Shown in pieces: positions 58,572-64,000 of a DNA stretch of 64,000 nucleotides. The translations under genes and the position numbers were made by a program. The notes beneath the pieces are model-generated. The model did no database searches and was not told where the DNA came from. It saw only the letters and a program-made list of their open reading frames with translations. Position 1 is the stretch's first letter. Every line of letters starts with the position of its first letter. Origin of the DNA: Nanobdellota archaeon (lineage in GTDB: Archaea; Nanobdellota; Nanobdellia; Parvarchaeales; Parvarchaeaceae); NCBI GenBank assembly GCA_021799085.1, contig JAJZBD010000006.1:13477-77476 (forward strand), in the 5' to 3' direction.

Positions 58572-59450
58572 TCAGATTGTTTTATTTGGAAGGCCGTTTT
58601 CTGTTATGCCAGAATTGAAGTTGCTAATCTTAGACAGTGACTCATTGTAGCTTATAAAAGATGTTGAGTTTAACATTGTGCCGTTGAGCTTCATTGAAAT
58701 TGAAATGCCTGCTGCCAGGCTGTTTAGAACGGTTATGTTGTATTTTTTGTAAACGCAGCTTGTCAGCAAGCCGCTCAATTCTTCTTTACCAACCTTGCCT
58801 GCTATCAACGGGCTGTTGCTGCTGTTTATGCCTACTGAGAAAGAGGAAAGGGTGAAAAGGCATGGATAACCCTTGTAGGTAGTGTTGTATGCCTCCAAAA
58901 GGGAAACGCTGCTCATGTTTAGTGAATTTAACAGGGCGTTGCTTATGTTTTCCATGCTTTCATTTAATGAAATGCATGAAACTCTTCCTGCCGTTGCAGA
59001 TGAACCTGAACACAGGTAAGTGTCATTTCCAAGGGCGAAAACATACGAAAGCGAAGTCAAATTGTAGTTTATTCCTGCTGAAACTGGTATAAAGGTAGTG
59101 AAGTTTGAAAATGCCTCGGAATTTCCGTTCAAACCATGAATCAATTGTATTTGACCCTTTGCATTCTCAGTGCTGTTTGACCCGCTGCCGTTTGACAGTG
59201 AAGTAGATGTTGAAAGGCTGTAATTTACGCTGTAAAGCAATTCTTTGCCGTTCGGTATTGTATTTTGGTAGGTCTGCAATCCGAGTATGTCATTGTAAAC
59301 TGCGCTTTTCAATGACGAGTTTGCAACGCTGTATGCCTGTAAAGGTATTCTTGTATTTGCGGTACTGCTTTTTCCTATGCCGAAAAGCAGAATTATTACT
59401 GCAAAAACAATAAAAGCGGCTGCTATCCCAAAAAGGTAGTACTTTTCCAT
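58572..59450 (-). CDS. Secreted/anchored Ser/Asn-rich protein
   Basis: N-terminal TM, four Cys, many NxS/T sequons; 2 bp after the HerA-like gene. Confidence 0.75.
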   Translation of the reverse strand: MEKYYLFGIAAAFIVFAVIILLFGIGKSSTANTRIPLQAYSVANSSLKSAVYNDILGLQTYQNTIPNGKELLYSVNYSLSTSTSLSNGSGSNSTENAKGQIQLIHGLNGNSEAFSNFTTFIPVSAGINYNLTSLSYVFALGNDTYLCSGSSATAGRVSCISLNESMENISNALLNSLNMSSVSLLEAYNTTYKGYPCLFTLSSFSVGINSSNSPLIAGKVGKEELSGLLTSCVYKKYNITVLNSLAAGISISMKLNGTMLNSTSFISYNESLSKISNFNSGITENGLPNKTI

Positions 59451-59452
59451 CT

Positions 59453-60766
59453 TTATTCGTTCCCGGCCTTTTTGCTTATTGATTTAGGAGTTTCTCCACC
59501 GTGCCATGTAAGCCTTGGCCTTATCTGCACAGGATATATCCTCTCTGAATTGTCATCAAGTATTATGCATGCTCCCGGCAATCTTGGCAGGTCCATAAGG
59601 TATTTACGTATGTCTGAACCCATGTATGTTTGCATTACTGTGTTCAATGCATCTATGTCTAATTTTGCCGTCACATGCTGCGATATTATTATATCAGACT
59701 GTGTTATTATGTCTGTGTCTAATTTTCCAGGCTGCTGGGTTGCTATCACTAATCCTATTCCCGGCTGCCTTCCCTCTTTTATTACCCTTGATAAAGAAGC
59801 GGTTGCTGCGGTTTTGCTGTTTGCTGGCAGGAACTCGTGAACCTCATCTATGAACATCCAAACTATCGGTATCGTCCTTTTTTTCTCTTCTTCCGTTATC
59901 TCCGTTGAATTTATTTCATTCAATTCCTCTACCCTTCTCTGCGTTGTCCTTATTTCCAATATCTTCTGAGATAGTAACCCTATAACCAAAGCTCTCAAGC
60001 TAAACTCACCCAACGAATGGGCATAAAGGCTTATGTCCAGTATGTTTATGTGCCCTGGAACAAGCAAATCCTCTATTTTTGTTCCTTCTCTTTCAAACAA
60101 ACCCCACCTCAAAGCCGATTCAAACCTTTCCTTTACCGCTTCCTTTATCGTATCAGAGGTTGCTACCTGTGAGTTTATGTTTTCTATTATGTCCTTTAAG
60201 TCGTAGGCTTTATTTTCCTCTTGCAAAGCCTCTAACACCTGGTTTATAAGTATGCCGTACTCATCGTTTATTGAAAAGCCGAAGATGTCGCACCAGTCGC
60301 TTGTCGAAAGCTCGTTTGCAGAGATTGAAAACGGGTAATCGGCCATCTCCACGTTTTCCTCCTTTACCCTGTCGAACGCGCCTTTGGGAACGAATACGTT
60401 TATGTTTTTGAATGCTGTTGGCTGGTAGCCCCATTGTTTTAATATGTCTGCTTCCTTGTAATTCGGGTTCTTCATCGTCCAGTATATCCCCATTGTATCG
60501 ATTATCAATGAGGTAATGCTGTTTGCGGTTTCCTCCTCTAAAGAAGCTAAACCTTCCGCTATCACCCCCATCGTATAGCTTTTTCCGGAGCCTCTTTTTC
60601 CGGCTATTAAAACTACATGCGGTCTTAATGCATCGAGCATGATGTTGTTTCCCAAGCTAACTACATTGCCCATCGTTATGTACTGCTTTCCTATCAGAGT
60701 AGTCGCTAGATCCCCGTAATCCTTGTGGTCTTTCTCGTTTCTCCCTATAACTACGCTGTAAGGCAT
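59453..60766 (-). CDS. HerA/FtsK/VirB4-like P-loop ATPase (DUF87)
   Basis: AGKRGSGKSY, IIDTMG, FIDEVH, KEGRQPGIGLVIATQQP; ATG 60766 preferred. Confidence 0.9.
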   Translation of the reverse strand: MPYSVVIGRNEKDHKDYGDLATTLIGKQYITMGNVVSLGNNIMLDALRPHVVLIAGKRGSGKSYTMGVIAEGLASLEEETANSITSLIIDTMGIYWTMKNPNYKEADILKQWGYQPTAFKNINVFVPKGAFDRVKEENVEMADYPFSISANELSTSDWCDIFGFSINDEYGILINQVLEALQEENKAYDLKDIIENINSQVATSDTIKEAVKERFESALRWGLFEREGTKIEDLLVPGHINILDISLYAHSLGEFSLRALVIGLLSQKILEIRTTQRRVEELNEINSTEITEEEKKRTIPIVWMFIDEVHEFLPANSKTAATASLSRVIKEGRQPGIGLVIATQQPGKLDTDIITQSDIIISQHVTAKLDIDALNTVMQTYMGSDIRKYLMDLPRLPGACIILDDNSERIYPVQIRPRLTWHGGETPKSISKKAGNE

Positions 60767-60860
60767 AGTATATGATAAGAATGTGTGAATTAAATCATTT
60801 GCTGCCTTCAATTTGCGATAAAATCAAAGGTATAACTACCCTAGTTTGCAATAAATCAAA

Positions 60861-61247
60861 CTATGTTTTGCCCTGCTTTTCCAGCCATTCCTTCTCATCT
60901 ATTTTTATTGATTTGCCCTTTACCTGCTCTTTGTCATATCTCTTCTCCAACTGCTTAATCTTTGACAAGAAAGCCTCGTCCAAATCAAAATTCAAGTGAT
61001 CGGACAAGGCTAAACAGCCGAAGAAAACGTCTGCTGTCTCGTTCTTTATCTTTTGCAGGAATTCGCTGTCTTCCCTTGCCTTCTCATCGAGCTCTTTTCC
61101 GTCCTTCCACAGGAAAAGCTCCAACAGCTCATTCGCTTCCACTGAAATGTCTTCTGCTAAGTCTTTTGAGGTCTGAAACTGTCTCCAATCCCTTTCGTCT
61201 ATGAAATTCTTTGCAACTTCAGCAAGCTCCTTTACGCTTTTTTCCAT
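60861..61247 (-). CDS. MazG-like nucleotide pyrophosphohydrolase (dCTPase type)
   Basis: ERDWRQFQT-x-KDLA...VEANELLELF-x-W...ETADV...KRY. Confidence 0.9.
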   Translation of the reverse strand: MEKSVKELAEVAKNFIDERDWRQFQTSKDLAEDISVEANELLELFLWKDGKELDEKAREDSEFLQKIKNETADVFFGCLALSDHLNFDLDEAFLSKIKQLEKRYDKEQVKGKSIKIDEKEWLEKQGKT

Positions 61248-61296
61248 AGTATAAGTAAAAAATACGGTAATTAATCTTTTCGTCTGCTTATTACAA

Positions 61297-62106
61297 CTAA
61301 GAAAACATGTATGAGACTATGCTTTTTGCCTGGCTGTAACCTATTTCTTTGTTCAAGGATGAAACTACAACTAAAGATTTGCCGTTCAACAAATAAAGCT
61401 CAGTAACATTTTCCAGTGACGAATTCGTTGAATTCAGCTGTCCGTTTATGTAAATCATGCTTGAACTGCCTATAGTAGAGGTATTAAACTTCAGTCTTGA
61501 ATCATTTGCGTACTCTGAAGCTATGCCTGTCTCCGCTGAAGTGAAAATTGTGCTAGCTTCAGAAGAAGAATTAATGTAATACGCTGTTGATATGAGCGTA
61601 GTTATGTTATTTTTGGATTTATTTGTTGAGATCTGTGCAATTTCAGAAGAGGGTATAAATTCCTGAAATGACGCTGCTACAGTTCCCGCGGGAAACTGCC
61701 CAGTTCCTGCATAAGCCTTTACTTCAGTTGAATTTGCCGTTTGATTGTATATTAAGGACCAATTTCCCCCCATTATAGAATTTAGGGCCGGACTTGAAAG
61801 GTAAGTTATTGGAGTATAACCTACAGAGCTTACAGTTGTTATTCCTGAGGGATGAATAAGAAAGACTGCAATTGCAATTACGGCTACTATTACTATGGCC
61901 GCAGGTACAATGATTTTTATAGGGATTTTAACCGGGTTTTTGCCTTGTGACTTCTTTTCCGCTGCATCGCTGTCGCTTGCATTTGAATCTGCAGTGTTTT
62001 TTGATTTGCTTTCTTCAGCTTTCTTCCCCTTCTCCAAATCTTGATTTGCTTTTTTGTCTTCTTCTTTTTTTAAATCAAGATTCTGCTTGTTTTTATCAGA
62101 ATCCAT
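61297..62106 (-). CDS. Single-TM protein with charged N-tail and Ser/Thr-rich ectodomain
   Basis: K/D/E-rich residues 1-55, TM at about 62-83, NxS/T-rich remainder. Confidence 0.75.
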   Translation of the reverse strand: MDSDKNKQNLDLKKEEDKKANQDLEKGKKAEESKSKNTADSNASDSDAAEKKSQGKNPVKIPIKIIVPAAIVIVAVIAIAVFLIHPSGITTVSSVGYTPITYLSSPALNSIMGGNWSLIYNQTANSTEVKAYAGTGQFPAGTVAASFQEFIPSSEIAQISTNKSKNNITTLISTAYYINSSSEASTIFTSAETGIASEYANDSRLKFNTSTIGSSSMIYINGQLNSTNSSLENVTELYLLNGKSLVVVSSLNKEIGYSQAKSIVSYMFS

Positions 62107-62149
62107 GCAATACCTAAATTATTGTGGTATTTAAAAGTTTCCCCAATGC

Positions 62150-62515
62150 TTATTTCAGTAGTTCTTCCATCTTGCTTTCCAGTTTTCCAGAAATCCCCTT
62201 TACCTTCTTCAAAGAAGAAAAAGGCTCATCCCTAACAACTAAAGAATTGTAATTCTCGTTCTTGTTTAAGGTAATGGAGAACTGTGCTACATAAAGATGT
62301 AGCAGCTTTGAGAACTGTCTAAAGAATAAGAGGTTAACGCACTCTCCTCTTCTTATATAAGGGTTGCCGCACATGCTACCTGATGGGTAGGATTTCTCAA
62401 TGTATAGATTAAGGTCTGCTGCCGCTTTTTCCAGGTAATCTATCAGATTTGATCCATTTTCCTGTCTTTTTAGGTTTATTTTTACTTGATAGGCGTTTTT
62501 ATCTTCGTATGCCAT
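62150..62515 (-). CDS. Hypothetical protein
   Basis: 121-aa ORF with TTTAAATA about 25 nt upstream; no recognised motif. Confidence 0.6.
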   Translation of the reverse strand: MAYEDKNAYQVKINLKRQENGSNLIDYLEKAAADLNLYIEKSYPSGSMCGNPYIRRGECVNLLFFRQFSKLLHLYVAQFSITLNKNENYNSLVVRDEPFSSLKKVKGISGKLESKMEELLK

Positions 62516-62638
62516 TTCAGTACAATGAATAGATTCATTATTTAAATCTTTTGACTAATGCGGAATAAATTATTAAATTGTTTCAATTTACGCACGCTGC
62601 TATAAAGGACTTGTCGGTTCTAAACAGGCAATGAAAAA

Positions 62639-62721
62639 CGCTGGGTGCAGGATTCGAACCTACGCATCCTTTCGGAAACCGGTTCTCGAGACCGGCGCTT
62701 TAACCGCTCAGCCAACCCAGC
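62639..62721 (-). tRNA. tRNA-Ser(CGA)
   Basis: Acceptor GCTGGGT/ACCCAGC-G; anticodon arm CCGGT-CTCGAGA-ACCGG; variable arm TCCGAAAGGA; GTTCGAATC. Confidence 0.96.
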
Positions 62722-62789
62722 TTTTCATTTTTTTATATGGATTTTACATGTATTATTACTTTAAATTTTACTTTTGCTATTAAAATAGC

Positions 62790-63806
62790 ATGGAAGTAAC
62801 GCTTGTAGCTGAAAGTTTGGATCCTAGCAGAGGTAGCGCTTCTAGGTATGGTTATGAGCTAAGCAAGGTAAAGGAGATAAAAAATGTAGTAGACTTTTCA
62901 AGATCCTTAAAAACCGGGGGATTTTTAGATGAATGTCTAAACAAAGGCTACAGGAGGAAAAAAATTATTGAAAGAAACTCAGGTAACCTAGGAAAGTTGC
63001 TTCATTTTACACAGCCAGAATCTTTTATTCAAACAAGAGAGCTGGATAAAAAGAAAATTATGGTTACGGTGCATGACCTGGCCCCATTCAAGACAAAAGA
63101 TTTTTTAAATCAGAATTCTGTCAAAGAACGCGCTTCAGACAAAAAAAAGTTTATAGCTGCGATAAGAAGGGCCGATAGGATAATATCTGATAGCACGCAA
63201 ACAAGGGATGAAATAGTGGATTTGGTAGGGATAACACCTGAAAAAATAGCTATAAACCCTCTTGGAATATCGGATAAGTTTAAGAAAATTGACACTAAGA
63301 AAGCGGGGATTATAGGATATTTTGGAAGCATTAGCAACAGAAAAAGGGTAGACAAATTAATAGAGGATTTCATTGCCTCGGGCATAAGCGCAAAGTTTAA
63401 ACTTGTGGTGTATGGGGACGGATCAAAAAACAACCTATCGCTTAAAAATAAATACGAAAAATTCGGGAGTGTTATATTCAAAGAAAGCATTAAAGAGGAA
63501 GAGCTGGTAAAAATCATAAATTCCTTCGATTATTTCTTTTACCCAACTCTTTATGAAGGATTCGGTCTGTCTTTAGCGGAATGTATAGCGTGCGGCGTAC
63601 CTTCCTTCATATACAAAGACGCAATAATTCCGCAGGAAGTTAGAAAATACGCATTAGAAGTTGAAAGGATAGATGACATAGAAAAATACGACAGAACGGA
63701 GATTGAAAAGGACTTTGCAGACAGATCAAATAAAATAAAGAAAGAGTTTACCTGGGAAAACAACATAGGTAACCTTCTGACAGAATATAAAAACTTGCTT
63801 GGTTGA
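62790..63806 (+). CDS. GT4 (GT-B) glycosyltransferase
   Basis: VTVHDL, ADRIISDS, GSISNRKRV, YPTLYEGFGLSLAECIACGVP. Confidence 0.92.
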   Translation: MEVTLVAESLDPSRGSASRYGYELSKVKEIKNVVDFSRSLKTGGFLDECLNKGYRRKKIIERNSGNLGKLLHFTQPESFIQTRELDKKKIMVTVHDLAPFKTKDFLNQNSVKERASDKKKFIAAIRRADRIISDSTQTRDEIVDLVGITPEKIAINPLGISDKFKKIDTKKAGIIGYFGSISNRKRVDKLIEDFIASGISAKFKLVVYGDGSKNNLSLKNKYEKFGSVIFKESIKEEELVKIINSFDYFFYPTLYEGFGLSLAECIACGVPSFIYKDAIIPQEVRKYALEVERIDDIEKYDRTEIEKDFADRSNKIKKEFTWENNIGNLLTEYKNLLG

Positions 63807-63807
63807 T

Positions 63808-64000
63808 ATGCAAAAAACAATATGCATAACAGATACACAGCTGTATTCAATTAACGGCGGGGGCCAAGTCGTTGTAAGATCGCTAATAAGCGGGCTGCAG
63901 AAAAACTATAATATAATATACATTGGCGACAGCGATGAATTTCTGAATTACGGCAATGTAAAAACCATAAAGCCATTTAAAAGCTTTGTTTATAAGCTCG
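63808..64000 (+). CDS. Partial CDS, probable GT4 N-terminus
   Basis: MQKTICITDTQLYSINGGGQVVVRSLISGL...; open to the window end. Confidence 0.65.
   Translation, partial: MQKTICITDTQLYSINGGGQVVVRSLISGLQKNYNIIYIGDSDEFLNYGNVKTIKPFKSFVYKL

Noticed and set aside
962-63850. Many 60-160 aa ORFs antisense to or nested in recognised genes (e.g. 6334-6807, 17206-17655, 27554-27982, 63110-63517)
   Set aside because: They are shadow frames of well-supported genes, with no motifs of their own.

Overview
AT-rich, gene-dense archaeal chromosome segment. Gene content and style point to a reduced DPANN genome, most like Parvarchaeota/Nanoarchaeota; this is an inference from protein families and gene order, not a database result. 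Housekeeping core: FEN1, MetAP2, PolB, GlmS, a Rpo7-Spt4-eS24-eS31-Kae1-(TGS)-Bud32-uS15-eS1 cluster, TFS, GlyRS, proteasome beta plus aCPSF1, Dph6, EF-2, TruD, XPD and four intron-less tRNAs (Ala-GGC, Leu-CAG, Gly-CCC, Ser-CGA). There is a surface/glycosylation block (Dol-P-sugar synthase, GT-C, processive GT2, S-layer protein, GT4s) and two accessory regions at tRNA 3' ends. One is a ~1.2 kb islet bounded by tRNA-Leu and a decayed copy of its 3' half, carrying an HTH-MNT/HEPN pair. The other is a ~5.5 kb region next to tRNA-Gly with AbiEi/AbiEii, folE-DHFR, a second HTH-MNT/HEPN pair and an AAA14-DUF4143 ATPase. Most notable observations: (1) the second HEPN gene is split exactly at an in-phase G-GGA-AAT slippery heptamer followed by a stop, and its R-x4-Y motif lies in the -1 frame; (2) both MNT/HEPN operons have tandem palindromic operators abutting the ATG that differ by 1 bp of spacer; (3) five orphan or accessory proteins (four apparently unrelated families) share an N-terminal LE-x-[LIF]-L motif, a possible export tag; (4) FEN1 and PolB share a non-canonical D-N-S-L PIP box; (5) a GTPase-less DRG/TGS gene sits inside the KEOPS genes; (6) an HTH regulator carries an S-layer-type domain; (7) a 15-aa lysine-rich micro-ORF has its own promoter. 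No CRISPR array, integrase, transposase or rRNA was seen.
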